This document shows positions 10,141 through 19,812 of a stretch of DNA of 64,000 nt, in pieces (position 1 is the stretch's first letter; each line of letters begins with the position of its first letter). The position numbers were made by a program, and so were the translations under genes. The notes below the pieces were generated by a model. That model searched no databases. It saw only the letters and a list, made by a program, of their open reading frames with translations, and was not told where the DNA came from. Location of the stretch: contig JAIZWL010000001.1 of assembly GCA_021498125.1 (NCBI GenBank), positions 1,388,676 to 1,452,675 on the forward strand. Reading direction: 5' to 3'. The DNA comes from Candidatus Thorarchaeota archaeon. Lineage in GTDB: Archaea > Asgardarchaeota > Thorarchaeia > Thorarchaeales > Thorarchaeaceae.

Positions 10141-10511
10141 TCTCTGTGCCAGAACAGAAATCAATAGACGAGCTAACTTCCATTGTCCGGAAGTTTGTAG
10201 AGGAGCGGAACTGGACCAAGTACCAGCGGCCGCTCCCTCTTGCGATCTCAGCCTCGATTGAGATGGGCGAGCTTCTCGAACTGTTTCAGTGGCTCTCTGA
10301 AGATGATATCCAGAAATATGTACATGACAGCAAGTACATTGAGGCACTCTCCGATGAGATCGCGGATGTCATGATCTATCTCATCAGATTGGCTGATGTC
10401 ACCGGAATCGATCTGACCGAGGCGATTCTGTCAAAGATGAAAAAGAATCGAGCAAAGTATCCTGTGGACTCGTTCAGTGGCCGGATTCCCCATGGTCCTC
10501 CGAGTGAATGA
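10137..10511 (+). CDS. MazG-like nucleoside triphosphate pyrophosphohydrolase (DCTPP1/NTP-PPase family)
   Basis: 124 aa. The EEhxELLE-type metal-binding motif is present (SIEMGELLELFQW), with a second acidic helix (SDEIADVMIYLIRLADV). It overlaps the upstream gene stop (ATGA). Confidence 0.7.
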   Translation: MISVPEQKSIDELTSIVRKFVEERNWTKYQRPLPLAISASIEMGELLELFQWLSEDDIQKYVHDSKYIEALSDEIADVMIYLIRLADVTGIDLTEAILSKMKKNRAKYPVDSFSGRIPHGPPSE

Positions 10512-11301
10512 GTCGTGTGTATAATTCTGGCCTCCGATCCTTGAGCAGGTCGTTACGATCCGTTAGTCTCTTATTATCTGCCTCTGCTGGATCAATATCC
10601 ACCCATCGAATCCCGGTCTCCATCTCGTCCATTTGAACGAGGACTTCTCCTTTATTCGAAGTGATCTGAGACCGTCCGTTGAAGGAAAGGTCGCGCTCGC
10701 GGCCAATTCTGTTTGCGGTCGCGGTGAATATTCCATTCTCAATAGATCGTGTGATCATTGCGTTGTGGCAATATGGAAGTACGAGGTTAGCCGGATGCAG
10801 GATCACCTGTGCGCCTTTGAGCGCGAGTATTCTGGCCATCTCGGGGTAAATCCAGTCCCAACAGATCATTACACCAAATGTTGCGTCTTTGAACTTGAAC
10901 ACGGGTGGCTCTTGATTACCCGGTGAAAAGAACTCCTTTTCGCGATTAAAGAGATGTACCTTACGATAGGTCACAACATGTTTTCCATCAACAAATACCG
11001 GAGCCGAATTGTAGAGACCTCCACTGGTTCTCTCACAGATTCCTCCAACGACAGATCTGCCTCTTGACCATTTCTTGAGTAGTTGTGAGAACGGCCCCGT
11101 TGGAATAGTCTCCGCGGCGGCCTCGGTTTCCTCACGTGACTCAAACGCATAACCCGAGTTTGTTAATTCCGGTAATACGAGAACATCAACACGTTCCTCT
11201 TCTGCTGTTGCAAGTAAGCGTGCTGTCTGTTCAAGATTATGGGTGGCGTCGCCGATCACGGGGTGTGTCTGGGCTATTCCAAGTCGTATCAACTCGATCA
11301 T
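10474..11301 (-). CDS. Carbon-nitrogen hydrolase (nitrilase superfamily)
   Basis: A Glu-Lys-Cys triad context is present: VLVLPELTNSGY (E), TYRKVHLF (K), GVMICWDWIYPE (C). 275 aa. Confidence 0.85.
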   Translation of the reverse strand: MIELIRLGIAQTHPVIGDATHNLEQTARLLATAEEERVDVLVLPELTNSGYAFESREETEAAAETIPTGPFSQLLKKWSRGRSVVGGICERTSGGLYNSAPVFVDGKHVVTYRKVHLFNREKEFFSPGNQEPPVFKFKDATFGVMICWDWIYPEMARILALKGAQVILHPANLVLPYCHNAMITRSIENGIFTATANRIGRERDLSFNGRSQITSNKGEVLVQMDEMETGIRWVDIDPAEADNKRLTDRNDLLKDRRPELYTRLIHSEDHGESGH

Positions 11302-11487
11302 ACCTCAATTCTCTCTTGGGAACGGATAGGTAATCTCCATTTCGTGTGTGGCCTGATTATCTTGTTTTCGAATCGCTCACGGTGAAACACATATGCATAG
11401 TTAGGTTTGCTCTTGGGCTTTGCCGTCCATTTCTGATTGGTCATATATATGAACGGAAAAAAGTACACCCGAGGAATACCTGTGCAT

Positions 11488-11718
11488 TTATTCCCCCACA
11501 CCATACAGGATCTCGTCATGATCTACTGATCCGTGTTCACCTTCTCGGCCTTGGAATTCCAGTTTAAAGAATGGGTCATCAGAGTCCGCCTCTGACCTCA
11601 TGAGATATTCGCGGATGATCTGACGCAGCATCTCCTTGATTGTTGTTCCCTTCTGCTTGGCGCGTTGCAGTAGGAGAGCATGCTCCTCACGAGAGATCTT
11701 TGTCTGTACAACCGTCAT
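11488..11718 (-). CDS. Ribbon-helix-helix (CopG/Arc/MetJ-like) DNA-binding protein
   Basis: 76 aa. A beta-strand-then-two-helix pattern is visible (TKISREEHALLLQRAKQKGTTIKEMLRQIIREYL). Direct repeats overlap its start codon. Confidence 0.5.
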   Translation of the reverse strand: MTVVQTKISREEHALLLQRAKQKGTTIKEMLRQIIREYLMRSEADSDDPFFKLEFQGREGEHGSVDHDEILYGVGE

Positions 11719-11746
11719 GTTGCATCATCTATGTAACATGTTGCAT
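11716..11746 (-). promoter_or_regulatory. Candidate autoregulatory operator: two direct copies of ATGCAACATG (minus-strand sense) spaced 21 bp apart, plus an 8-bp palindrome AACATGTT
   Basis: Plus-strand catgttgcat lies at 11716-11725 and again at 11737-11746. The distal copy overlaps the RHH gene's ATG (11716-11718). Confidence 0.4.
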
Positions 11747-12055
11747 GTAGATATATACTGTTTTACACACACCATTAGGAAGAGTTTCCCTCAGCATCAA
11801 GTATGCTACAAGTGTACGATGAAAACTGTCGAGTTAGTAATTGTATTTCTGAAGATCGATGATAGAATGAAATTCATCTGATGAAAACTCGTTCCGATGG
11901 CCACGCCTTCAAAATATCTCCAAATGTTTTGTATCTCTTGTTGATTTTTACACCATGGCAATTGGAGGAAACTCCACATGCAAAAGGTGAGTTATCCGCA
12001 ATGATCTGAAGAAAGACGGGCGTTATGCTATTGAATCACAACGCCCCTTGAGATA

Positions 12056-13201
12056 TTATCGCCGCGCCTCCTCTCGTAGTCTTGCAGCAGAGAACTCGTC
12101 AACACGATCCTTTACTTCTTCCCGGGCTGCCTGATGTTTCTCAAGGAACTCCATCATCATCGGTGCGAGCATCTGTTTGCACTCGCCGCAGAGTATCTCG
12201 CCCCCACGGCACTTCCGTTCGATCTCAGCCAACTCTTTATCGTCAGGCATGAAGATGAATTTGTAGTACTGGAAGACCGAACATATGTCCGGGTTCGCTC
12301 CCAGCTCTCTCTGTTCCTTAGCAGAGGCACGACCCCCTGTGAATGCGTTCATGACCTTCTTCTTAGCCATCTTTGGTGTATCAGTAGTGAACACAGCCGA
12401 CATGGGATCTGACGCTGACATCTTTCCGCCCTCTGCGAGACCGGGTACAAACTTGTTCTGAATCGAGGCTGGTTTGTAGTATCCGAGTTTCTCTGCAACA
12501 TCTCTAGTGACACGCCAATAGGGATCTTGATCGATTGCACAGGGGATGAGGCATGGAGTCTTGACGCCATATATCTCCGAGTGGAGGAAGGCAGGTACTG
12601 CTTGGAGAGCTGTGTACCAGATGGCCCCAATGTTCATGCTGTTCTCAAAACCATAGACCGCCTTTGCAGTAGAGAAGGTCACCTTCTTTGCCACGCGGAT
12701 GCCGATCTCATACATGAGGTCGATATGTTTGATGTCATCGATGATGTATGTGTCCTCTGGTTCAAATCCCAGCGCAAGCAGATCTATGATGTTGTCACGT
12801 GTGTACTTGTGGACATCCTCAATTGACATATTCTGATTGAACAGGAATTTCTCATCATTTGTCATCTGGAAATAGAGTCGGGTGTCAAACTTCTCCTGAA
12901 GCCATTTTGTGAACCGCCAAGGAATCAGATGGCCAATGTGTACATGACCACTGGGGCCTCTCCCCGTGTACAGGACGAACTTCTCACCTTTCTCATACTT
13001 GTCAAGAATCCAATCGAGATCTCTGTGTGCATAGACGAGATCGCGGTCGAGTAGCAGGTTTCTCTCACCTGCGATCTTGAATATCCGCTCTTTCAAGCTC
13101 TCACTGATTCGCTGAGTACCGAACTGCTCGATCAGTCGGTCGTAGTCTATCTTCCCCTTGACTTCCCAAGGGGTGACTACCATCTCTTCATCATTTGTCA
13201 T
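12056..13201 (-). CDS. trpS: Tryptophanyl-tRNA synthetase (archaeal/eukaryotic type)
   Basis: HIGH-class motif GRGPSGHVHIGHLIP, KMSKS-class motif KMSAS, and the archaeal/eukaryotic TrpRS signature PCAIDQDPYWRVTRDVAEKLGYYKPA. 381 aa. Confidence 0.9.
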   Translation of the reverse strand: MTNDEEMVVTPWEVKGKIDYDRLIEQFGTQRISESLKERIFKIAGERNLLLDRDLVYAHRDLDWILDKYEKGEKFVLYTGRGPSGHVHIGHLIPWRFTKWLQEKFDTRLYFQMTNDEKFLFNQNMSIEDVHKYTRDNIIDLLALGFEPEDTYIIDDIKHIDLMYEIGIRVAKKVTFSTAKAVYGFENSMNIGAIWYTALQAVPAFLHSEIYGVKTPCLIPCAIDQDPYWRVTRDVAEKLGYYKPASIQNKFVPGLAEGGKMSASDPMSAVFTTDTPKMAKKKVMNAFTGGRASAKEQRELGANPDICSVFQYYKFIFMPDDKELAEIERKCRGGEILCGECKQMLAPMMMEFLEKHQAAREEVKDRVDEFSAARLREEARR

Positions 13202-13361
13202 TTTCTATTTTCTCCTTGGCGATTCACTCACTGGTGAGCGAATCACTTTCGACCCTTGATTGCACTAAATTAAGGATGTTGGTTGTCCAATCGAAATTGT
13301 ATCATGTAGTTAGCCTAAAAAGGGCCAAGTGTGTTGTATTGTGAAGACACTGACTCATTAG

Positions 13362-13628
13362 GTGCATAGCATGAGAATCGACGATTATGAGTTCGAAGAG
13401 GAAAAGACCCTGAGGAATCTGGCAGAACTCCTTACGAGGATTGCTGAACAGGTCGCGCAAGGCTCAGAGTTGGAGCTCCCAATGCCAAGTCTCAGGGATG
13501 GTATCATCACTCTGCCTCTCGGCGAACCTGTGGAGACCGGAATTGAAGTTGCCTTCCGGAAAGAGTACATCCATCTCCGGATTGATCTGTCATGGACACG
13601 ACCAACTACAGAGGTGAAGAAGGAATGA
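13362..13628 (+). CDS. Small acidic protein, possibly amphi-Trp-domain-like
   Basis: 88 aa. It has an N-terminal acidic helix and a C-terminal ...LRIDLSW with Trp near the end. Resemblance to the amphi-Trp family is from memory only. Confidence 0.25.
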   Translation: MHSMRIDDYEFEEEKTLRNLAELLTRIAEQVAQGSELELPMPSLRDGIITLPLGEPVETGIEVAFRKEYIHLRIDLSWTRPTTEVKKE

Positions 13629-14245
13629 GTGAGCCTGATCTCACAAAAGATGAGATCCTCAAATATCTAGCAGAGATTGTCCAGATGCACCTGCAGATTA
13701 GTCGGGTGCTGAGCGAGAAACTCTGTAAGGACTGTGGTGGTAAAGTTATTGACTGGCATGAGAAACGAAAGACGATCATCTCTCATCTCAGGGATCTGAT
13801 GTCCCCTTACGAGTTCTGTCAGAGGTTGCCACAGAATGAAGATGGTGTAGTGGCCCTCTCGATCATCTCGCATCTTCTCAAGATCCAGTATACTTTCGCA
13901 CAAGTGAAGATCCTAATTGATATGGTCCGTGGTGAATCATTCCAGGAGGTCTATATGGACTCCCTGTCATCCATTGCCTCAAAAGTTCATGGGCAGTTCG
14001 AGGCGCTTGCTCGACTTATCGAATTTAGAATTGAAAAGTCAGAGGCTGCCGATAACGAGAGTGCTACTATTATCCGGTTGGAACGCGAGATCGATGAGGA
14101 CAACATCATCATCTGCAGGCAGGTCTCTGTTGCAACGGGTGGGGATTCGCCTTTCATCTGTTACATGATGCGTAAAATTGTGAGCGAGCTTGAGCATATT
14201 TCTGACTATCTGAAAGAGATCGCTGAGATATTGACCGACTTTTGA
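13625..14245 (+). CDS. PhoU-like/DUF47-type cytoplasmic regulator (putative) upstream of a cation antiporter
   Basis: An all-helical about-200-aa protein ending ELEHISDYLKEIAEIL, which resembles PhoU/DUF47 repeats. The ORF opens at 13592; the MSEPDL start is preferred. Confidence 0.35.
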   Translation: MSEPDLTKDEILKYLAEIVQMHLQISRVLSEKLCKDCGGKVIDWHEKRKTIISHLRDLMSPYEFCQRLPQNEDGVVALSIISHLLKIQYTFAQVKILIDMVRGESFQEVYMDSLSSIASKVHGQFEALARLIEFRIEKSEAADNESATIIRLEREIDEDNIIICRQVSVATGGDSPFICYMMRKIVSELEHISDYLKEIAEILTDF

Positions 14246-14246
14246 G

Positions 14247-15860
14247 GTGGCATGTGTGGCACTTGATCTCTATCTGATTGCTCCTATTCTCATAGGCGGT
14301 GCACTCATTGCTAAGCTCTCAGAGAGATACAGGTTTCCCTATCCCATCCCCTTAATCATTGCAGGAGTCCTTATCGGTCAAGTCGTTCCTCTCAACGACC
14401 TGTCTACAGAGATCATCGGTCTTGACCTCATTGCGCAGCTCACTCTTGCTACAGTTCTGTTCTACGCAGGACTGACGATGAACATCCGTGAACTTCGCTT
14501 CTCACTTACTTCGGTCATGCTTCTTGCAACTCTAGGCGTCCTCGTTACTTCCATTGTTGCAGGATTCACTATTGCGATGTTCACCTCTCTTGGTGTTGTT
14601 GCTTTTCTGATCGGTGCCGTTCTCTCTCCGACAGATCCTGCCGCGTTGTTCTCCGTTCTTGAGAGCGGTGGAGTTCGTGTCAAACGTAAAGTGTTCTCGA
14701 TTCTCGAAGGTGAGGCTGTCTTTAATGATGCAACGGCCGTTGTACTTGTTATTACCGTCTTTACTCCTATCATCATCCCCGCACTGTCTGTGCCATGGTT
14801 TGTTGTTGTTCAAGAGTTCTTCCTAAGTATGATCGTTGGAATTCTCATCGGTTTTGGTATAGCATATGTGATCGGCAGTATTATTGTTCGTACTGGCGAA
14901 GACACATCACTCTCAATACTCACTGCTGCTACTCCAATTCTTGCGTACGGTATTGGTGAACTATTTGCTCCACTGGGAATTCATCCGGGTGCTCTTGCGG
15001 CGGTCTTTGCTGGAATATTCATGGCCAATGCTCGACGAATGATGAAGATGGATCCTCTCCCGCAAAAATCCATGCGAGGTGCGATGAAGAATGTCTCATT
15101 TGCCTTTGAGATTGTCATCTTCATCCTACTGGGCGCCACTGTGGACATTCAGCATCTCTTTTTGAATCCCGATCTTGTCATGACCGGTCTCATAACAGCC
15201 GCACTTGTCATCTTGCTCGCTCGTCCAATTGCGGTGTTTCTTGTGACCGCCTACGACAAGGGGATGGGCTGGCGAGATCGTTTTCTTGTGAGTTGGGCTG
15301 GAGTCAAGGGTGTGGCGACTGCGGCTCTTGCGGCGATCAGTATTGCATCGATAACGCGCTATGCGGTTCCTGGTTTTGCAGAGATTGCACGGACCATCAA
15401 CGGTATCGTCTTTATCGTCTTAATGGTGAGCCTGACTGTTCAGGGGATCACTACCCCGTTCCTTGCCTCGGCACTCGGTCTCACAGAAAAACAGGATGTC
15501 ACTCTCGAAATAACCGCGCGACGTGATGCTACACGGCAGGCACTATTACACCTTGTTGATCTCTATACTGAAGGCAAGATCGACAATGCTCTCTATACGC
15601 GGCTGAAGGCTGAGTTGGAGGAAGAGATCTTTACGTTAGAGGACGACTTACGTAAGATCATCTCTGAGACCCGTGCTCGACTAAGAGAGCTTGAAGTCCG
15701 TGAGTCGCTCCTTACAGCAAAGTTGGATTATTATCGGAAGCAGTACGAGGCTGGCAAGATTGATGACTCCTCATATGAGACCTATCGCCGTGAGCTAGAG
15801 GCTGAGATCGAGGAGATACAGATGCGGATGCGTTCTCTCTCCCGCGGTATGACCACATAA
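14247..15860 (+). CDS. Na+/H+ (cation:proton) antiporter, CPA1/NhaP family, with C-terminal coiled-coil tail
   Basis: About 12 TM helices. The conserved EGEAVFNDATAVVL (ND motif) is present. The C-terminal 120 aa contain an internally duplicated motif (EGKIDNALYTRLKAELEEEI / AGKIDDSSYETYRRELEAEIEEI). Confidence 0.75.
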   Translation: MACVALDLYLIAPILIGGALIAKLSERYRFPYPIPLIIAGVLIGQVVPLNDLSTEIIGLDLIAQLTLATVLFYAGLTMNIRELRFSLTSVMLLATLGVLVTSIVAGFTIAMFTSLGVVAFLIGAVLSPTDPAALFSVLESGGVRVKRKVFSILEGEAVFNDATAVVLVITVFTPIIIPALSVPWFVVVQEFFLSMIVGILIGFGIAYVIGSIIVRTGEDTSLSILTAATPILAYGIGELFAPLGIHPGALAAVFAGIFMANARRMMKMDPLPQKSMRGAMKNVSFAFEIVIFILLGATVDIQHLFLNPDLVMTGLITAALVILLARPIAVFLVTAYDKGMGWRDRFLVSWAGVKGVATAALAAISIASITRYAVPGFAEIARTINGIVFIVLMVSLTVQGITTPFLASALGLTEKQDVTLEITARRDATRQALLHLVDLYTEGKIDNALYTRLKAELEEEIFTLEDDLRKIISETRARLRELEVRESLLTAKLDYYRKQYEAGKIDDSSYETYRRELEAEIEEIQMRMRSLSRGMTT

Positions 15861-15947
15861 CTCAAAAAATTGTAGCGACTCGCATAAAATGCCACCGCAG
15901 AATGAATTATATATCCTCGCCGCGAGGTTGATTATGGAGAGTGCGCC

Positions 15948-16718
15948 GTGGACGATCCCTTGGATGAAATTGAAGATTTGCGTGAAGGCATCGATTCCTT
16001 CATTGACCGTTGGACTAAGATCCAGCGGGCCTCAGTAAAATCAATTCAAGCTCTAACAAACACTCTTGTTCAGATCGAGCATTTAGACGGCCCCTTGGGA
16101 AAACTTGAGGGGTTCCAGAAGATCCGTGACAACACGAAGGGCAAGCTCCTTGTCACCTTATTTGATCAGTTAGTCCCAGCACTTGAGTCCTCAATAAAGG
16201 AATTTACAAAGCTCATGAAGATGTTTGAAAATCTGCGATCAAAGGCCGCCCGTGTTCAAACATTTGTAGAGAGTCTTAGGGGAAATACCGAACCGATCAC
16301 CAGTTGGTTGGGCGACGCTGACCCATCATCTATAAAGAAACTGTTACATTCTCGTTACGGCCGGAGTCGTACTGGTCAATCCCAGTATGATAGTGGCGAT
16401 TCCGAGCGCCCGCTCATTGAAGACATCATCGGTTATCTCGAAGTCATCCTGATGAGCATTCAAGAAATTCTCAATATGTTCGAGGCGGAATTCCTTGTCA
16501 AGATCACAATATTCAAGGATCTTGAGGAGGGTGGTGTTGACATTGGTGTTGTGAGCAATTATCTCACCGTCTGGACTGCTCAGCCAAATATCATTCCTAG
16601 AACACTTGAAGACCTTCGAAAAGATCTTGATGAGCATCTTGATCTGCTTAGAGACGCCCTGATGAGCAAGGGTGATTTTGGTATTCTTGATGTGACCAAA
16701 AAGCTCCTTCCTTCCTGA
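15948..16718 (+). CDS. Hypothetical helical protein (256 aa)
   Basis: ORF with plausible composition; no motif recognised. Confidence 0.35.
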   Translation: MDDPLDEIEDLREGIDSFIDRWTKIQRASVKSIQALTNTLVQIEHLDGPLGKLEGFQKIRDNTKGKLLVTLFDQLVPALESSIKEFTKLMKMFENLRSKAARVQTFVESLRGNTEPITSWLGDADPSSIKKLLHSRYGRSRTGQSQYDSGDSERPLIEDIIGYLEVILMSIQEILNMFEAEFLVKITIFKDLEEGGVDIGVVSNYLTVWTAQPNIIPRTLEDLRKDLDEHLDLLRDALMSKGDFGILDVTKKLLPS

Positions 16719-16754
16719 TCGGCCCACATCCGGTGGGCTTGCCTATTTGTTTGC

Positions 16755-17318
16755 CTATTTGTTTCGAGCAGGCAGTGGAGCATCTTCCATTCCTAGCGGT
16801 AATAGATCCGACCTTGTAATTATTCCTGTGAGTCTCCCTTTGTGTCGTACTAGTACTGCTTGAAATGCGTCAAAGAGCTGGAGTATGTCTTCGACACGTG
16901 TGTCCTCTTCGACAACTGGTGGACCTTGCGACTCCATTATTGCTTGTACTGACATCTCCTTGAGGTCTCGCATCAGGTTCTTTATGATGTCTTTCTCAGT
17001 CACCATTCCGACGATCTTGCCCACTCGTACGACGGGAAGTTGAGAGAATCCATGTTCGAGCATCAGTTTGACAACATGACTTGCTGATTCTCTGGCGTCC
17101 ACAGTCACAGGGTTCCTGCTCATGACATCTGCGCACGTGACACCCCATGATTCGATGACCTCGAAGATCTTGTTGACAATCGAGACCTTTGGGTCAAGCG
17201 AGCCGCTCTCTAATCGTGCAATGTATGCTTGAGATACCCCGACCTTTTCTGCAAGCTCGGCCTGAGTGATTCCGAGTCGCCTTCTCATCTTCGCAATACT
17301 GTCGATCGGAATTTTCAC
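16755..17318 (-). CDS. Transcriptional regulator, XRE-type HTH fused to a CBS-domain pair
   Basis: N-terminal HTH (RRRLGITQAELAEKVGVSQAYIARLESG). It is followed by two CBS-like modules (VTCADVMSRNPVTVDARESASHVVKLMLEHGFSQLPVV...; VEDILQLFDAFQAVLVRHKGRLTGIITRSDLL). Confidence 0.7.
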   Translation of the reverse strand: MKIPIDSIAKMRRRLGITQAELAEKVGVSQAYIARLESGSLDPKVSIVNKIFEVIESWGVTCADVMSRNPVTVDARESASHVVKLMLEHGFSQLPVVRVGKIVGMVTEKDIIKNLMRDLKEMSVQAIMESQGPPVVEEDTRVEDILQLFDAFQAVLVRHKGRLTGIITRSDLLPLGMEDAPLPARNK

Positions 17319-17333
17319 AGTATATCACAACAT

Positions 17334-17348
17334 ATTACTGTCAGTAAT
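17334..17348. promoter_or_regulatory. Perfect palindrome ATTACTG-t-CAGTAAT between the HTH-CBS regulator and mat
   Basis: Arms are 7 bp with a 1-nt spacer. It is overlapped by a second palindrome TGTCA-N7-TGACA. A TATA-like TTTAAAG lies at 17357. Confidence 0.45.
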
Positions 17349-17437
17349 AATGACACTTTAAAGTTATTCCTGTGGGTAATACCTATGACAAACCTTATAA
17401 GCCATCCATCGCCGCGACCTCTCTAGGAGTGATTAAA

Positions 17438-18637
17438 ATGAATCTGGAAGTCACTTGCGGTGAGGGTCTCCCCGTCACCAAACGAAAAGTTGAGATTGTA
17501 GAGCGAAAAGGCCGAGGCCATCCAGATACGCTTTGTGACAAAGCGGCTGAAGAACTCTCCATTCGATTGAGTGAATACTACCTCGAGACCTTTGGACGTG
17601 TGCAACATCACAATGTAGACAAGGTGCTTCTTGTTGGTGGCCAGTCCAATGCTCGGTTCGGTGGCGGTGATGTCATTGAACCTATCTATCTCTTGCTGAG
17701 TGGCCGTGCCGTTGACGTTGTTGATCAAGATTATGAGCGTCAGGTACCCGTCGGTAAATTTGCTGTTGAACATACACGAGATTGGCTCAGTAAGGAGCTT
17801 CCTCATCTTGATGTGAACTCCGATGTGATCATCGATTACAAGATTCGTGCTGGCAGTACTGATCTTGTTGGAAACTTTGATGTCGGTGTTGATGTTCCCC
17901 GTGCTAATGACACAAGCTTTGGTGTCGCTTATGCACCACTGTCACCAACAGAGAAGCTTGTGCTTGAGTCCGAGGAGCTGCTTAACTCCGAAGCTATTAA
18001 GAAGAAGTGGCCCCAGATTGGTGAGGACATCAAGGTCATGGGTACGCGAGTTGGTGATCAGATCCACCTCCAAGTGGCAGCAGCCATTATCTCCACCGAG
18101 ACCCATGATGCTGATGAGTATTCCAGTGTCATGCAGGCGATCAAAGACCTTCTTCTCGATCTCTCTACAAAGATAACTGACAAGCCGGTCGATGTTGCTG
18201 TTAATACGGCTGACAAACCTGATCAGGGACTCTTCTATCTTACAGTCACTGGTACATCAGCCGAGCATGGTGATGACGGACAGGTCGGTCGTGGCAATCG
18301 TGCAAACGGTCTCATTACTCCATACAGACCAATGACTCTTGAGGCAGCAGCCGGTAAGAACCCGGTCTCACACGTCGGTAAGACCTACAACGTTGCAGCC
18401 CGTGAGATTGTTGAGCGGATCGTTAATGAGAACCCCGACCTCGAACAGGTCTACTGTTATGTGGTCAGCCAAATTGGTGCACCCATTACCGAGCCTCAGG
18501 CCGTCAACGTGGAACTCTATGGCAGCTGTGATCTTAAGGCAGCACAGAAGTCCGTTGGCAGCATTGTCGAAGAGGTCATCGCCAAGTTGCCTGATGTCTG
18601 GAAGGGCTTTGTAAAGCGTGAATTCCAACTATGGTAA
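17438..18637 (+). CDS. mat: S-adenosylmethionine synthetase, archaeal type (MAT)
   Basis: The archaeal MAT N-terminal signature [24 protein letters not shown] is present. About 400 aa. GGAGTG lies 6 nt upstream of ATG 17438. The ORF opens earlier at 17372. Confidence 0.9.
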   Translation: MNLEVTCGEGLPVTKRKVEIVERKGRGHPDTLCDKAAEELSIRLSEYYLETFGRVQHHNVDKVLLVGGQSNARFGGGDVIEPIYLLLSGRAVDVVDQDYERQVPVGKFAVEHTRDWLSKELPHLDVNSDVIIDYKIRAGSTDLVGNFDVGVDVPRANDTSFGVAYAPLSPTEKLVLESEELLNSEAIKKKWPQIGEDIKVMGTRVGDQIHLQVAAAIISTETHDADEYSSVMQAIKDLLLDLSTKITDKPVDVAVNTADKPDQGLFYLTVTGTSAEHGDDGQVGRGNRANGLITPYRPMTLEAAAGKNPVSHVGKTYNVAAREIVERIVNENPDLEQVYCYVVSQIGAPITEPQAVNVELYGSCDLKAAQKSVGSIVEEVIAKLPDVWKGFVKREFQLW

Positions 18638-18654
18638 ATGATACGAATCTAACG

Positions 18655-18700
18655 AGATGGTCTTTTTGACCACTCGTGACTTTTTTTCTTTATATTTCCC
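18655..18700. terminator. Bidirectional T-tract terminator region between convergent mat and ctaB
   Basis: The tracts ggtctttttgacc and gactttttttctttatattt lie downstream of the mat stop. Confidence 0.4.
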
Positions 18701-18731
18701 GCTTTAATAAAAATAAGAAGATGTCATGCCA

Positions 18732-19679
18732 TCAAGGCCATGGCACCAATGTGACAAAGAATGGTGTGATGACAATTCCTACAAAGAGCCATAGGAATGC
18801 AAAGCCCATATACATGGACGCCATCTTGAAGATCCAGAAGGTGGCCTCCTGTGTCGCGCCTCTTAGATTCGAGACCGCCCGTGCAGTGATCACAAGACTA
18901 AGAATCAATAGAGGTAGCATGACTACCCAATGTAATCCCATGACCATTCCTGTGAGCACCACTACGACTGCACTAATCACAGCAGAGATTGTTATGACTA
19001 CCATGGTCTCATGCTCCCCACGGACAACGGGCCACATGGGGACTCCTGCCTCCTTGTAGCCTGCAAGATTGTCTGGTAGTAGTGCAAGGGTTAGGATGTG
19101 CAGTGGAATCCATGAGATGACGAATAGGGCCATCATAATTCCGGTCAGATCTACCATGCCGATGACAGCAGTTCGACCCGCCAGGGCTGGCATCCCTCCT
19201 GCGATACCCCCAAAGAGAATAGAGGCTGGGGACTTGCGCTTGAGCCATACCGAGTAGACTACCACATCCAAGAAGAATCCAAGAAATACTATGATCATGG
19301 TGACCTGATTAATGAACAGTCCGCAGGTGATTACTCCGAGCGCCACTAGAATGATACCATGTATGAGTACTTTCCACGCGGCAATCTTCCCACTTGGAAT
19401 CGGACGGTTCTGTGTGCGAATCATTACTGCATCGATGTCCCTGTCGATATACATGTTCAGTAGAGTGGATCCTGAGACTGCGAGAGTGAGCCCTACGATT
19501 AGCAGGAGTGCTTGGAGTAGGTTGATACCTACATTCCATGTGCTCATCAGATATGCGAAACCTGTTGTGTAGACAAGAAGCACAGTCTGTTTGCTCTTGA
19601 TCAATTCTCCATAGAGGCCAAACATAGACGATTTGGTCGAGTCTTCTTTTGTTTTGGAGGGAGTTGAACTCTCTGACAT
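18732..19679 (-). CDS. ctaB: Protoheme IX farnesyltransferase (heme O synthase), UbiA superfamily
   Basis: NMYIDRDIDAVMIRTQNRPIPSG matches the CtaB/CyoE motif N-Y-DRDID--M-RT-NRP. 315 aa with about 8-9 TM helices. Confidence 0.72.
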   Translation of the reverse strand: MSESSTPSKTKEDSTKSSMFGLYGELIKSKQTVLLVYTTGFAYLMSTWNVGINLLQALLLIVGLTLAVSGSTLLNMYIDRDIDAVMIRTQNRPIPSGKIAAWKVLIHGIILVALGVITCGLFINQVTMIIVFLGFFLDVVVYSVWLKRKSPASILFGGIAGGMPALAGRTAVIGMVDLTGIMMALFVISWIPLHILTLALLPDNLAGYKEAGVPMWPVVRGEHETMVVITISAVISAVVVVLTGMVMGLHWVVMLPLLILSLVITARAVSNLRGATQEATFWIFKMASMYMGFAFLWLFVGIVITPFFVTLVPWP

Positions 19680-19812
19680 CTCTTTGTCCCTACTTTGCGA
19701 TTACGCCTTGTGATAAAAGATATTGCGTATGGACAGAGGTACTGACCTAATTCTTGTCAGTATTGTTCTGGCTCTCAGAGATTCCTTCTGTCCATCGCTA
19801 TATCATACGGTC

